A stretch of 64,000 nt of DNA from Nitrospira japonica. GTDB lineage: Bacteria; Nitrospirota; Thermodesulfovibrionia; UBA6902. Below, piece after piece: positions 49,404 to 59,878 of this stretch. The notes beneath the pieces are model-generated. The model was not told the origin of the DNA, did not search any database, and saw only the letters and a list, made by a program, of their open reading frames with translations. Location of the stretch: positions 198,273 to 262,272 of the forward strand of contig DYJL01000001.1 of NCBI GenBank assembly GCA_020723105.1, read 5' to 3'. The translations under genes and the position numbers were made by a program. Positions within the stretch are counted from its first letter, which is position 1. Every line of letters begins with the position of its first letter.

Positions 49404-49643
49404 TCAATCTGTAATCAACCCTTTCTCTTTCATGTCTTTTACCATAAGGGCGAATTCTGCGGGGTTTTGCCGTCCTAATAATACAAGTGCGTCATATGGC
49501 TCCATAGCTCCTGACGGATCAACTGGCTGCAGGTATTTATTAAAAAGTGCAGTAAAAATGTTACGTTTTTTCTCATCAAAAAAATGATCTTCAAAGGCAA
49601 AACTGATTTTTTGTGCAATAAGCGCCATATGATCAAAATTCAT
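49404..49643 (-). CDS. Small hypothetical protein
   Basis: ORF only. Lies in an operon-like position upstream of the HDOD gene. Confidence 0.3.
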   Translation of the reverse strand: MNFDHMALIAQKISFAFEDHFFDEKKRNIFTALFNKYLQPVDPSGAMEPYDALVLLGRQNPAEFALMVKDMKEKGLITD

Positions 49644-49667
49644 AGGGATATCTCCTTAGTCTTAAAG

Positions 49668-50531
49668 TTATTTGAAAATTTCATCGGAAAAAGGAACGCC
49701 GCCCAATGATTCCTCCAGTTCCTCAAAATCGTCTTCTGATATTCCAAGTATTTTCAGTGAAGCCGGATCGAGAGGATAATTGGGCGCTTTTTCGGTTGGA
49801 CTTATAACGTTCTTTGAAGTTATATAATCAGAAAGATGTATAATTGCTACATGTTTTACATTCCTCTTTGCAAGTGAAGGTGTATGATGGAAAAGATTTA
49901 CATCCATAATTACGTCAGGCAATTTCCATTCTTCTGCAAGCCACATGCCAATATCAGAATGAGTAAAATTTAAAACTTTTTTTTCTGCATCAAGCAGATT
50001 GTTTTCTTTCTCAAAGGCGAATAATATATCTTCGAATGTTTCGGGGAAAAATCTGTTTAAAACCAGATATCCTAAATCATGCAGCATTCCAAGCATTAAG
50101 GCTTCTTCGGTTATGTCAACCTTTAGATTCTTTGCCAGCAGCCTTGCATTAAATCCGACAGCAACAGAATGATTAAATATCTTTTGATAATCAGAGGTCC
50201 TGCCACGTTTGCCGTCATCAAGTATAGTTATTAAAGATATGCCCAAAGCGATATTCTTGACATTGTTAAAACCTATCCTCATTATTGCATTGCTGAGCGC
50301 CTGTGTGCTTATTTGAAATCCAAACAACGCAGAACTTGCAACACTCAGGATTTTTGCTGATATGGCAGGGTCTTTCTCAATAATATTTTCAAGCTTTTCT
50401 ACAGAAAGCAAATTATTGCTGAGCAGGCTTAATACTTCCTGTGCTATCACCGGTATGGTTGGAAGGTTCTTTATATTTTTGACGAAATCTTTTAAGGATT
50501 CATTCATGTTTACATTATACTTTTTAAACAT
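49668..50531 (-). CDS. HDOD-domain signalling protein
   Basis: LGMLHDLGYLVL and the overall length fit the HD-related output domain. Confidence 0.65.
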   Translation of the reverse strand: MFKKYNVNMNESLKDFVKNIKNLPTIPVIAQEVLSLLSNNLLSVEKLENIIEKDPAISAKILSVASSALFGFQISTQALSNAIMRIGFNNVKNIALGISLITILDDGKRGRTSDYQKIFNHSVAVGFNARLLAKNLKVDITEEALMLGMLHDLGYLVLNRFFPETFEDILFAFEKENNLLDAEKKVLNFTHSDIGMWLAEEWKLPDVIMDVNLFHHTPSLAKRNVKHVAIIHLSDYITSKNVISPTEKAPNYPLDPASLKILGISEDDFEELEESLGGVPFSDEIFK

Positions 50532-50560
50532 AAATTATGAAACAGATTCCCGGCTTATCT

Positions 50561-51007
50561 TTAGCAATTCTTAGAATCCAGCAGTATGGTAACCGGGCCG
50601 TCATTAATCAGATTAACTTCCATGTGAGCGCCAAAAACACCCTCTCTTACATTCAATCTGTTTTCCCGTAATAAGTCGTTAAATTTTTCCCAATATGCCT
50701 TTGCCATTTCCGGTACGGCTGACTTATCAAAACCGGGACGGTTCCCTTTTTTGGTATCAGCATAAAGTGTGAATTGGGAAACACTGAGAATTTGTCCATG
50801 AATCTGGTAAATATTTAAATTCATTTTACCTTGTTCGTCTTCGAATATGCGGAGATTCATCACTTTCCTGGCTATCCGTTCAACATCTTCCATGCTATCG
50901 TCCTTTCCTATTCCAACAAACAGAAGCATCCCCTTCCCTATTTCAGCAACTTTCTGACTGTTTACAACAACTACAGCATTCTGAACACGTTGAATGAGAA
51001 TTTTCAT
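50561..51007 (-). CDS. dtd: D-aminoacyl-tRNA deacylase
   Basis: MKILIQRV...SQFTLYADTKKGNRPGF matches the DTD signature (SQFTL, GxRP). Confidence 0.85.
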   Translation of the reverse strand: MKILIQRVQNAVVVVNSQKVAEIGKGMLLFVGIGKDDSMEDVERIARKVMNLRIFEDEQGKMNLNIYQIHGQILSVSQFTLYADTKKGNRPGFDKSAVPEMAKAYWEKFNDLLRENRLNVREGVFGAHMEVNLINDGPVTILLDSKNC

Positions 51008-51067
51008 ATTAAGGCAAGTATATCAGAATGAGATTACCTATTAACAGGTAAAACACAGCCAACAGAG

Positions 51068-54000
51068 ATGCTTGCTTATGTTAAACTAAGAATCTCAACT
51101 ATGTCTAATGACTTTATTAAAACTATAGTCAGCAATGATGAGTTACTGCGTAACCGTTCTATAAATGCTATCCTGCAGAACAAGAATAGAAACCATATCC
51201 TGCAATTAACAGGTGAGCTCGAGACCTTCCGGCGTTCCTCAGATAATCTTTACCATAAAGTCCGGGCTTCATTGTTTTTGTTTGCAATCTATAATTTCTA
51301 CCTGCAATTCAATAAAGAGACAGTTCAATTCGGAAAAATACCTTTTGAAGGCATTAAGGCTGCTTTTGACAGGGATTTTGAAAAGGCAATTAATATTTAC
51401 TTGTCCGACGGCTCTCAAAACAGCGCTATATACAGCGCATTAGCAGACGCATACTATAACGTATCCTTCAACTATTTGATGGAGCAGGTTAAATTATCTA
51501 TTAGTCATTGCAGAGAAAACTATCTTCTGTTCAATATAAAGGGCCTTGCGGATTATCCGTATCTGGTTCCGGAAGAATTAACAACCCCTGACCCTGGAAC
51601 AGGCCTTTTTGCCATTGGAATGGATGCAGCTCCGGTACGACTCGATCCATCGCATAGCGGCTGGTCCGATATTTTCTTTCTTGGAATGGATTTTCCTGAA
51701 GGCGCCAGGGTTGTCAATCTGTCAGTTAATTTAAAAATCCATGGAACTGATAATCCGATATTGCCACCATGTGAATGCTATACACAAATTATAGAAGAGC
51801 CTGTTATCCATCTAAAATCAATTGACCTGAAAACCTCAAAAAAAATATATACCCTGCAGGAACTTTTTAATTTTGGAAATGACTATTTGTCACTTCTGAA
51901 AGCAGGGGTTGTAGCATCAGGAATTGTGCCTCCATGTTTTGAGAGGAAAAATATATCGCTAAAGGACCTGCTGCATAAACTGCTTGGTAAATGCGGCGGC
52001 ATAAAAATTGTGACGAAAGTTCATGGCATTCCTAAGGGTTCCAGACTGGCGGTAAGCACAACACTCCTTTCAACAGTTATAACACGATTAATGAGATTCA
52101 GCGGGCAAATAGAAAATCAGACCGGAACCTTAACAGAAGAGCAGAGGAGAGTTGTAGCCTCCAGGGCTATCCTTGGCGAGTGGCTCGGGGGCTCAGGCGG
52201 AGGCTGGCAGGATTCAGGGGGCCTTTGGCCCGGCATTAAATTGATTACCGGCAAATTAGCTGACTCTGAGGATCCTGAATTTGGAGTAAGCAGAGGGTGT
52301 TTACTGCCTGAACATAATGTGTTTTCAAGAGAGGAACTATCAGAAGAAGTTGAACAAAAGATTGTTGATTCGATGGTGTTAATCCACGGTGGAATTTCAC
52401 AGGATGTCGGTCCTATTCTCGAAATGGTTACAGAAAAATATCTTTTAAAACATGAGAGGGAATGGAAAGCAAGGTTAAAGGGAATAGAATTGTTTGATAA
52501 AATTATAGAGGTCCTGAAGGCTGGCGATATGCGGAAACTCGGCAGACTTACAACAGAGGATTGGGAAAAATCCATACAGAATGTAATCCCATGGGTTAAT
52601 AATGCCTTTACAGAAGATTTGATAAAAAGGACGAAAAAAGAATTTGGAGAAGACTACTGGGGATTTTTAATGCTTGGAGGCATGTCAGGCGGCGGTATGG
52701 CTTTCATTATAAATCCGAAAATCAAAGAAGTTTTCAAAGACAGGATAAGCAATATCATGCTCGAACTGAAACAGACATACAGTGCCTCCCTGCCCTTCAT
52801 CATTGACCCTGTAGTGTATGATTTTGAAATTAATCATAATGGGATAGTCTCAAAATTACTGAAAGGCCCTGATGCAAAAATGCCTCATTTCACTGATGAA
52901 CCGCTGCCATTACAGGATAATCAGGAATCTATTGAAGCAGAACTACCCTCCCAGGCCCACCCAGAGAATGACAATGTTAATCCGTTGTCCTCAGATCAGA
53001 TCAACGAAGATGAAATCAGGAATCGTTACGGCTTTGATTTAAAATCACATGAGTATATGAAAACGTTATTAAAGAACGGAGATATAGGGCTTGTAAAAAA
53101 CCGTCTTCCCTTAACAATAAAAATTGAGGATGTTGCATATGAAGATGTTTTTCATTTCGAAGACGAAGGTAGTCCCGTTAATTATGATGAATTTCATTCA
53201 ACGGGTATAGAGGCCTTGAGAAAAAACGAAATCGCCGTAGTTACTTTTGCAGGTGGAATGGGAAGCAGATGGTCGCATGGCGCTGCCGTGGTCAAACCCA
53301 TTAACCCGTTTATACGAATTGACGGTAAATACAGGACCTTTAGTGAAATACATCTGGCCAAAAGCAGAAGGACTGGAAACCTCCATGGACACTGGCTGCC
53401 GCATGTATTCACCACAAGTTATTTAACCAATAATGCTGTTTCTGATTATCTGAAAAAATTTAATAACTTTAATTATGAAGGCAAGATATATATTTCTCCT
53501 GCAAAATCCATAGGCCACAGGGTTTACCCTATGGAAAGAGATTTGCGTTTCTATTGGGAAGAGCAGCTTCAGCAAAAGATGGATGAAAATCTGCAGAAGG
53601 TGCAGGAAGATATTCACCGGGCCCTTATAGAATGGGCCAAATCCAAAGGGGAAGGCGATGACTATTCTGATAATAAACCTGTTTTGAGATTTAATCCGCC
53701 GGGGCATTGGCACGAAATTCCAAATCTTATAAAGAACGGTATTCTCGCAAAGATGTTGAAAGCCTGTCCGAATTTAAAATATCTTTTCTGCCATAATATT
53801 GATACAATGGGCGCTGATATAGAACCATATATACTTGGCTTACATATAGCCAGGAAATCTTGCCTGACATTTGAAGTTACTCCCAGAAGAATGGAAGATG
53901 CCGGAGGAGGGCTTGCAAAAATCAACGGACATATTCAGTTGATTGAAGGGCTTGCATTGCCAAAAGAAGAGGATGAATATAATTTAACTTATTACAATAC

Positions 54001-54373
54001 TAACAGTAACTGGATTAATATTGACCTGTTACTTAAGTTCTTTGGTCTTGACAGGAAGCTGATTTTACAATCTGAAAACTATCCGGAGGAACAGGACAGG
54101 ATACTTGCCGCCATACACATGATTGAAAAGAGAATGCCGACATACGTTACCATCAAAGAGGTAAAACATGTATGGGGCAGCGGACAGGAAGATGTTTACC
54201 CTGTGGCGCAATTTGAAAAACTGTGGGGCGATATGACGGGCCTCAAGGATGTGAATGCTAACTACATATCAGTGTCAAGATACAGGGGCACACAGTTAAA
54301 AGAACCTTCCCTGCTGGACCGATGGTTAAATGACGGATCGTTTGAATATATGAGGAGCAAATGCAGTTTTTAG
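51068..54373 (+). CDS. 1101-aa multidomain protein: central GHMP-kinase-like region plus C-terminal UDP-sugar pyrophosphorylase (UDPGP-family) domain
   Basis: FAGGMGSRWSHGAAVVKP matches the UDPGP GG(L/M)G(T/S)R(L/M)G motif. Later GHWHEIPNL...FCHNIDTMGAD...EVT.R...D..GG resembles UGPase blocks. The central G-rich LGGSGGGWQDSGG may be a GHMP-type P-loop. Confidence 0.55.
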   Translation: MLAYVKLRISTMSNDFIKTIVSNDELLRNRSINAILQNKNRNHILQLTGELETFRRSSDNLYHKVRASLFLFAIYNFYLQFNKETVQFGKIPFEGIKAAFDRDFEKAINIYLSDGSQNSAIYSALADAYYNVSFNYLMEQVKLSISHCRENYLLFNIKGLADYPYLVPEELTTPDPGTGLFAIGMDAAPVRLDPSHSGWSDIFFLGMDFPEGARVVNLSVNLKIHGTDNPILPPCECYTQIIEEPVIHLKSIDLKTSKKIYTLQELFNFGNDYLSLLKAGVVASGIVPPCFERKNISLKDLLHKLLGKCGGIKIVTKVHGIPKGSRLAVSTTLLSTVITRLMRFSGQIENQTGTLTEEQRRVVASRAILGEWLGGSGGGWQDSGGLWPGIKLITGKLADSEDPEFGVSRGCLLPEHNVFSREELSEEVEQKIVDSMVLIHGGISQDVGPILEMVTEKYLLKHEREWKARLKGIELFDKIIEVLKAGDMRKLGRLTTEDWEKSIQNVIPWVNNAFTEDLIKRTKKEFGEDYWGFLMLGGMSGGGMAFIINPKIKEVFKDRISNIMLELKQTYSASLPFIIDPVVYDFEINHNGIVSKLLKGPDAKMPHFTDEPLPLQDNQESIEAELPSQAHPENDNVNPLSSDQINEDEIRNRYGFDLKSHEYMKTLLKNGDIGLVKNRLPLTIKIEDVAYEDVFHFEDEGSPVNYDEFHSTGIEALRKNEIAVVTFAGGMGSRWSHGAAVVKPINPFIRIDGKYRTFSEIHLAKSRRTGNLHGHWLPHVFTTSYLTNNAVSDYLKKFNNFNYEGKIYISPAKSIGHRVYPMERDLRFYWEEQLQQKMDENLQKVQEDIHRALIEWAKSKGEGDDYSDNKPVLRFNPPGHWHEIPNLIKNGILAKMLKACPNLKYLFCHNIDTMGADIEPYILGLHIARKSCLTFEVTPRRMEDAGGGLAKINGHIQLIEGLALPKEEDEYNLTYYNTNSNWINIDLLLKFFGLDRKLILQSENYPEEQDRILAAIHMIEKRMPTYVTIKEVKHVWGSGQEDVYPVAQFEKLWGDMTGLKDVNANYISVSRYRGTQLKEPSLLDRWLNDGSFEYMRSKCSF

Positions 54374-54575
54374 TTATTGGAAAGTAGTGAGTAGTCAGTA
54401 GTTAGCAGGTTGCTGAAAAAGTATTTTAGCTGTCTTTGCGAGCGAAGCGAAGCAAACTCACTTCTTTATAAATCAATAAGTTTGAGATTGCTTCGTCGCA
54501 AAATACGCTCCTCGCAATGACAATTACAGACTTTTTCGGCAGTCTGTTAGTCTAACCAATTTACAGGGGGTTGCT

Positions 54576-55610
54576 ATGAACAGCAAAAAGAAAGTCGCTC
54601 TGATCCAGGGTGACAACCGGAAAGAAAACATCAGGAAATGTCTCTCTCTGATTCAGGAAGATTTAGAACCAGTCAAAAAGGCAAGGCACATTCTGATCAA
54701 GCCCAACCTCGTAGCATTGGAACCTGATTTTGCAAATACACACGTAGAGACAATCGAAGCTGTAATTGAATTTATCAGAACTATTGTTCCTGATACTCCG
54801 ATAACAGTCGGTGAGAGCTCTGCATCAGCTTTCTATAAAGGCCTCCTGACTACAAAAGTTTTTGAAGATTACGATTACTATCGGCTCGAAAAAAAGTACA
54901 GCAATGTCAGGCTTATTGATTTTGACAAGGACCAGGATGTTATACAAAGCCCTATACTCTCCGTTGTCGGTGACACACATTTGAGGATAACCAGGCGTAT
55001 TCAGGGTTTTGATTATAAGATCTCTCTTGCAATTCCCAAGACACATAATTTTGCGATAGCTACCTTTGGCATAAAGAACATGGCCGGGCTTGTTCTGAGA
55101 CAGGATATGGCCATGATTCACGGAATGAAAGGTGGTATTGAGGTTGATGCTCCAAAGACCCTTCTGGACAAACTGCCGCCAGGAACAGTCTCAAAGGCGC
55201 GAAGGATCCTGCCTCCCTGGCTTATAAACTTTTTATTCAGGCAATATCCAGCCTATCGCAAAAGCGTAAAGATGATTCATTACAATATCGTTGAGATTGC
55301 AAAAAGAACCTGGCCTGACCTGGTAGTGCTTGACGGTTTTGTATGCATGGAAAATAACGGGCCTGTTGACGGCACCCCGGTTGACATGAGAATAGCAATT
55401 GCCTCCGCTGATCCGGTAAAGGCAGACGGTATTGCTGCGCGTGCAATCGGGTTTGAACCGGAAGATATAGGATATCTCTACTACCTGCAGAATAAAGAGC
55501 ATATGGGGGACTATTCGCTGGACGGCCTTGTCGGCGATGACCTAAATAAAGTGAGAAAAATATTCAAACGCCACGGGACCTATGATATACAAAGCCAGTG
55601 GAGGGAATAA
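54576..55610 (+). CDS. DUF362-domain protein
   Basis: KVALIQGD...ILIKPNLVA...THVE...ITVGESSA matches the DUF362 N-terminal pattern. Confidence 0.55.
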   Translation: MNSKKKVALIQGDNRKENIRKCLSLIQEDLEPVKKARHILIKPNLVALEPDFANTHVETIEAVIEFIRTIVPDTPITVGESSASAFYKGLLTTKVFEDYDYYRLEKKYSNVRLIDFDKDQDVIQSPILSVVGDTHLRITRRIQGFDYKISLAIPKTHNFAIATFGIKNMAGLVLRQDMAMIHGMKGGIEVDAPKTLLDKLPPGTVSKARRILPPWLINFLFRQYPAYRKSVKMIHYNIVEIAKRTWPDLVVLDGFVCMENNGPVDGTPVDMRIAIASADPVKADGIAARAIGFEPEDIGYLYYLQNKEHMGDYSLDGLVGDDLNKVRKIFKRHGTYDIQSQWRE

Positions 55611-56284
55611 ATATTATGAAGCGTATTCCTGAACTGGATTTAATGGACGATGCTGAACAGGCCAGAGCCTATGCGGAAGCTGATTTCTCCGAACCGCACG
55701 AGGGTTTTGTCAAACATTTTTCCTTACGCTTTCCTGATTTTTCGTCTGGAGAAGTACTGGATTTGGGATGCGGCACAGCAGATGTCATTATCAGGTTTGC
55801 ACGGGCCTTTCCCAAAGTTAATATAACAGGCATAGATGGAGCTCAGGCTATGCTTAATATTGGTTTACATGATGTAAAGAAAGAAGGTTTTGAGCACCGG
55901 ATCAAACTGCATAAATGTATGATGCCTGACAGTGAGTTGTCAAAAGAAAAATTTGATGCAGTTATTTCAAACAGCCTGCTGCATCATCTTCTGGATCCCT
56001 TAATATTGTGGCAGACTGTAAAACAGTGCGCAAAGCCAGGCGCAGCGATTTTTGTTATGGATTTATTGCGCCCTCCTGATGTAGAATTAGCAAAGAGCCT
56101 GTTACGGCTTTATGCTGCTGAAGCACCTCCATTATTACAAAAAGATTTCTTCAATTCACTATTGTCAGCATACAGTATTGAGGAGCTCAGACAGCAGATT
56201 GAGGCAGTAAATCTTGATAATCTGTGTATTGATATTGTCAGTGATCGCCATGTATTAATATGGGGGGAAGCTAATGTATATTGA
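55598..56284 (+). CDS. Class I SAM-dependent methyltransferase
   Basis: Motif I VLDLGCGTADV. Confidence 0.7.
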   Translation: MEGINIMKRIPELDLMDDAEQARAYAEADFSEPHEGFVKHFSLRFPDFSSGEVLDLGCGTADVIIRFARAFPKVNITGIDGAQAMLNIGLHDVKKEGFEHRIKLHKCMMPDSELSKEKFDAVISNSLLHHLLDPLILWQTVKQCAKPGAAIFVMDLLRPPDVELAKSLLRLYAAEAPPLLQKDFFNSLLSAYSIEELRQQIEAVNLDNLCIDIVSDRHVLIWGEANVY

Positions 56285-57086
56285 TAAGAGCGAATTATTA
56301 GGCACTGCTTTCAGGGCTGCCATGCTGGCCGGAGATGTTATCCTGAAAAATATTGGCAACATTTCAGAGAAAGATATTGACATCAAACAGGCCTCAGATT
56401 TCGTAACATATGTGGACCGGGAATCAGAAAAAATTATTATACAGACCATTAAATCAAAATATCCGCAGCATCATTTTTTCACGGAAGAATCGCTAAAAGA
56501 AGAAGGCTCAGGAGAGTACCGCTGGATAATAGACCCTCTTGATGGCACCACGAATTATATTCACAGTTACCCTGTTTTTTCTCTATCTATTGCGCTTGAA
56601 TTTAACAGAGAGATAATATTAGGTTTAATTTATGATCCCTTAAGGGATGATCTTTTTACAGCAGAAACAGGTGGAGGGGCCTTTCTGAATGGAAAGCCCA
56701 TAGAGATCTCCACTGCTACTGACCTGGCTAACAGCCTTATTGCAACTGGTTTCCCTTTCCGTAAGAAAGAACTGATTGATGAATATCTGAGTCTTTTTAA
56801 AAATATTTTTGGCCGAGTATGTGACATAAGGAGGGCCGGTTCCGCAGCGCTGGATCTGGCCTATATCGCTTGCGGAAGATGTGAAGGATTCTTTGAACTG
56901 GCCCTCAGCCCCTGGGATATTGCAGCAGGAAGTCTTCTTATAAAAGAAGCTGGCGGGATTGTGACTGATTTTGGCGGAGGAAAGGATTATCTTTCAACAG
57001 GCAATATCGTAGCTGCATCGCCTTTTCTTCACGGAGCACTGCTAAATGAAGTGAAAGGCGTGTTTGAAGGAATAATAGACAGATGA
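56274..57086 (+). CDS. Inositol monophosphatase family protein (SuhB-like)
   Basis: IDPLDGTTNYIHSYPVFSLSIAL and later WDIAAGSLL are IMPase signatures. Confidence 0.8.
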   Translation: MYIDKSELLGTAFRAAMLAGDVILKNIGNISEKDIDIKQASDFVTYVDRESEKIIIQTIKSKYPQHHFFTEESLKEEGSGEYRWIIDPLDGTTNYIHSYPVFSLSIALEFNREIILGLIYDPLRDDLFTAETGGGAFLNGKPIEISTATDLANSLIATGFPFRKKELIDEYLSLFKNIFGRVCDIRRAGSAALDLAYIACGRCEGFFELALSPWDIAAGSLLIKEAGGIVTDFGGGKDYLSTGNIVAASPFLHGALLNEVKGVFEGIIDR

Positions 57087-57108
57087 CAACCGCCTGTCCT
57101 GTAAATGT

Positions 57109-57816
57109 CTATCTGTTAGTATGGCAGTCCGTACACATCCTCGAACCTGTATTATCGGCTCTCAGAAAAAAGACCTGTCTCCCTGAGGATTTACCGTCAT
57201 TGATTTCTTTCCCTGGATACTCAACTGTATCGTGCACATCATGACATGTGGAACACTCAAAATGATTATCATTGGGACCATACAAAGGATATACTCCTCT
57301 GGATCCTACAATGGCCTTTCTGCTTGTACCAACTTTACGAGATTCTGGAAAGCCGTTGTTATCCACATCCCTTGTGGGGGCATAAATAAAACTGACCGGA
57401 TGGTTGTTTTTCAGATTGGATCCCATGTTTGAATAACTCGAAAAAAGCGGGTCATTATTTATAATGTCGTATGAAGTATCCATATTCGAACCCGGGCCGG
57501 GATAGTTTACAAGATTACTGCTGACACCATTATGGCATGTCATGCACTGACTGGAAGGCAACTGCAGGACTTCTTCTGCTTCCATGTCGAAACTGGGGCT
57601 CTCATATATTGTATAGCTTTGAGGTGGCTGGTTCCTGTTCCATAAAGGTGTTATCTCTATCTTGGAATGAGGAGTATGACACATGGCACATACTTGCAGT
57701 TCTTCATTTGTATTTCTCATAACATTAACATCGTGCGGAGTGCCCATTATAGAAGACTGGGCCTTGGAAACAAAAAACAAAATCACCAGCAACACAATAA
57801 AAATATTTTTTTTCAT
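57109..57816 (-). CDS. Periplasmic tetraheme c-type cytochrome
   Basis: Signal peptide. Four CxxCH motifs (CAMCH, CMTCH, CSTCH, CTDCH). Confidence 0.8.
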   Translation of the reverse strand: MKKNIFIVLLVILFFVSKAQSSIMGTPHDVNVMRNTNEELQVCAMCHTPHSKIEITPLWNRNQPPQSYTIYESPSFDMEAEEVLQLPSSQCMTCHNGVSSNLVNYPGPGSNMDTSYDIINNDPLFSSYSNMGSNLKNNHPVSFIYAPTRDVDNNGFPESRKVGTSRKAIVGSRGVYPLYGPNDNHFECSTCHDVHDTVEYPGKEINDGKSSGRQVFFLRADNTGSRMCTDCHTNR

Positions 57817-57967
57817 TTTCCCCTTTCCTCCTGATAAAAATTAATAAGTTTGCCGAACCTACTGTATATATCGGCAGAAATGGGAAAATATTTAGTCCGG
57901 ATAAAAAAGACAGGATGTAGGGGGATAGGGAGCAGGGGATAAAAGTTAAAGGATTAAGGGGGTAGGC

Positions 57968-58702
57968 TTATTCGATCCTGACAAGTACTTCGGAGGGAAG
58001 TTTTCCTATTAAGTCGTTAACAGCCGTATTAAGGTCATCCCTTGATTTGGATTCGGCAGTAATTATCACCATGTATTCCTGTTTTCCACGAATTGGATAT
58101 GAACCAAATTGTACCAGAGGGTTTTCTGTAACAACGAGATTTAATATCTCTGCAAATTCAGACTCATGTGTATTGAGAAAAAGCCTTTTCAAATAAAATC
58201 CTGAGGAACGGAACCTTTCTTTAATCATTGAAAATTTTGTTGTCAGATATTCGGGAATTCCGGGAAAGATAAATATATTTCTATATGAAACTATAGGAAA
58301 GCGCATATCTTCAGATATTAATACGTCAGAGCCTTCCGGAATTTCAGCCATTTTCAGAACTGAACTGTTCACAATATGCTTGTATCTTGAGGTTAAGAAA
58401 TTCCTGATTTCTGTATTCGATACAAGCTTGACACCAAAACCCTTTGCTATGCCGGACATTGTAACATCGTCATGGGTAGGACCAACTCCTCCCGATGTAA
58501 AGACATAATCATACTGGCTGGAAAACTGCAGAGCTTCCGCTCCTATAATCTCTGTTTCATCAGGAATAACAGAAATGCGTCTTACATCCACACCAAGGCT
58601 TCTCAATTCACAAGCCAGGTAGTGCGAGTTAACATCATGCACTTTACCGGATAGTATTTCATTGCCGATAATAATTATTCCTGCTGTCGTCATTAATTTC
58701 AT
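57968..58702 (-). CDS. CinA N-terminal-like / MoCF-biosynthesis (MoaB/MogA-fold) domain protein
   Basis: GIIIIGNEILSGKVHDVNSHYLA...SGGVGPTHDD is typical of the CinA/MogA fold. Confidence 0.6.
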   Translation of the reverse strand: MKLMTTAGIIIIGNEILSGKVHDVNSHYLACELRSLGVDVRRISVIPDETEIIGAEALQFSSQYDYVFTSGGVGPTHDDVTMSGIAKGFGVKLVSNTEIRNFLTSRYKHIVNSSVLKMAEIPEGSDVLISEDMRFPIVSYRNIFIFPGIPEYLTTKFSMIKERFRSSGFYLKRLFLNTHESEFAEILNLVVTENPLVQFGSYPIRGKQEYMVIITAESKSRDDLNTAVNDLIGKLPSEVLVRIE

Positions 58703-58800
58703 TTTAAATGCCTGTAATTGCTTAACGTTATCAAGTCTTGATTTATTAAAGTTTTTCTATGCTTATACCGATAGATAGCATATGAATTTCCAATAAATTA

Positions 58801-59865
58801 ATGCAAGTTCAGGATAAGCATTATAACTTTTTTACTATGAAAGACGTCAAGAAAACTCTGAAAGAGGCAAAGCCGGGTTTGGTACTGGCTGTTGTAATTG
58901 GAACTGCTGGATATGTTTTTACAAAAGTCATGCAATCGCATCTGCTGGAGCCTCTGCTTGTTGCTCTGCTTTTAGGTATCATTATAAGGTCTGTCAATAA
59001 AGATAAGAAAAAGTATGAAGCGGGCATCAGCCTGGCCCCTCTGATATTCATCCCCGTCGGCATATTGTTTTACGGACTGCACAACCTGAACTTTGCAAAG
59101 CTGACCGAGGTATCTCCAGCCAGCTTAACATTGCTGTTTGCTGTAATGTTTGTCTATATTACTGTGATACTCTGTTTGGGAAAAGCGCTGAAACTGAAAA
59201 AGCAGATAACATATCTATCTGCTGCCGGTTCAGCAATATGCGGAGCTTCAGCAATTGCTGTTGTAGCCCCTGCGATAGAAGCCGAACCAGAAGACGTTTC
59301 AATATCACTTTTGGCAGTGGCGCTATCAGCCTTTATCGGATTTGCACTTATCCTGCCTTTATGTGCCGGACTTTTTAATATGACCAGCCTGAATTACAGT
59401 TTTCTCTCAGGCGCAACCCTGCAGTTTACAGGCCTTGTGAAAGTCGCTTCATTTCACACACCTTTTTTAAGAAACGATATGTCACAGGAGGCAATGCAGT
59501 CCCTGGCGCTCACTGTAAAAGCTGTAAGGTATCTTGGCTTGCTTGTTGTCATACCGCTTTTTTCAAGTTTCACAAAAAACAAATTAGCGGCGCCATGGTT
59601 TTTATGGGCTTTTCTCATCGCAGGCTTAATCGGCACGTGGCTGTACTCTACCCAGAAAATTTTCTTTAATACTGCATTAATACCTCAGATTCAGTTTATT
59701 CATAATATTTCATGGGCGATAGCAATGGCAGCCATAGGTTTAAATGCAGATGTACGAGGCTTATTGACCCATAATGGATCCAAGGCTTTGATTATAACTT
59801 TTACCGGCTTTGTAGCTGCCGTAGGAGCATTGATTGCCGGACTTTATTTTATTGGCCGGATATAA
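58801..59865 (+). CDS. Polytopic membrane protein, possibly YeiH/UPF0324-family putative sulfate exporter
   Basis: About 10 TM segments. The N-terminal region looks similar to UPF0324. The family call is tentative. Confidence 0.4.
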   Translation: MQVQDKHYNFFTMKDVKKTLKEAKPGLVLAVVIGTAGYVFTKVMQSHLLEPLLVALLLGIIIRSVNKDKKKYEAGISLAPLIFIPVGILFYGLHNLNFAKLTEVSPASLTLLFAVMFVYITVILCLGKALKLKKQITYLSAAGSAICGASAIAVVAPAIEAEPEDVSISLLAVALSAFIGFALILPLCAGLFNMTSLNYSFLSGATLQFTGLVKVASFHTPFLRNDMSQEAMQSLALTVKAVRYLGLLVVIPLFSSFTKNKLAAPWFLWAFLIAGLIGTWLYSTQKIFFNTALIPQIQFIHNISWAIAMAAIGLNADVRGLLTHNGSKALIITFTGFVAAVGALIAGLYFIGRI

Positions 59866-59878
59866 TTACTGATTACCA

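Noticed and set aside
54400-54545. Imperfect long-range complementarity (TTTGCGAGCGAAGCGAAGCAA … TTGCTTCGTCGCAAA) and a short hairpin (ACAGACT-ttttcggc-AGTCTGT) upstream of the DUF362 gene as a riboswitch or regulatory RNA
   Set aside because: The pairing is imperfect, no known riboswitch consensus is recognisable, and no downstream T-tract is present. Too weak to call without comparative data.
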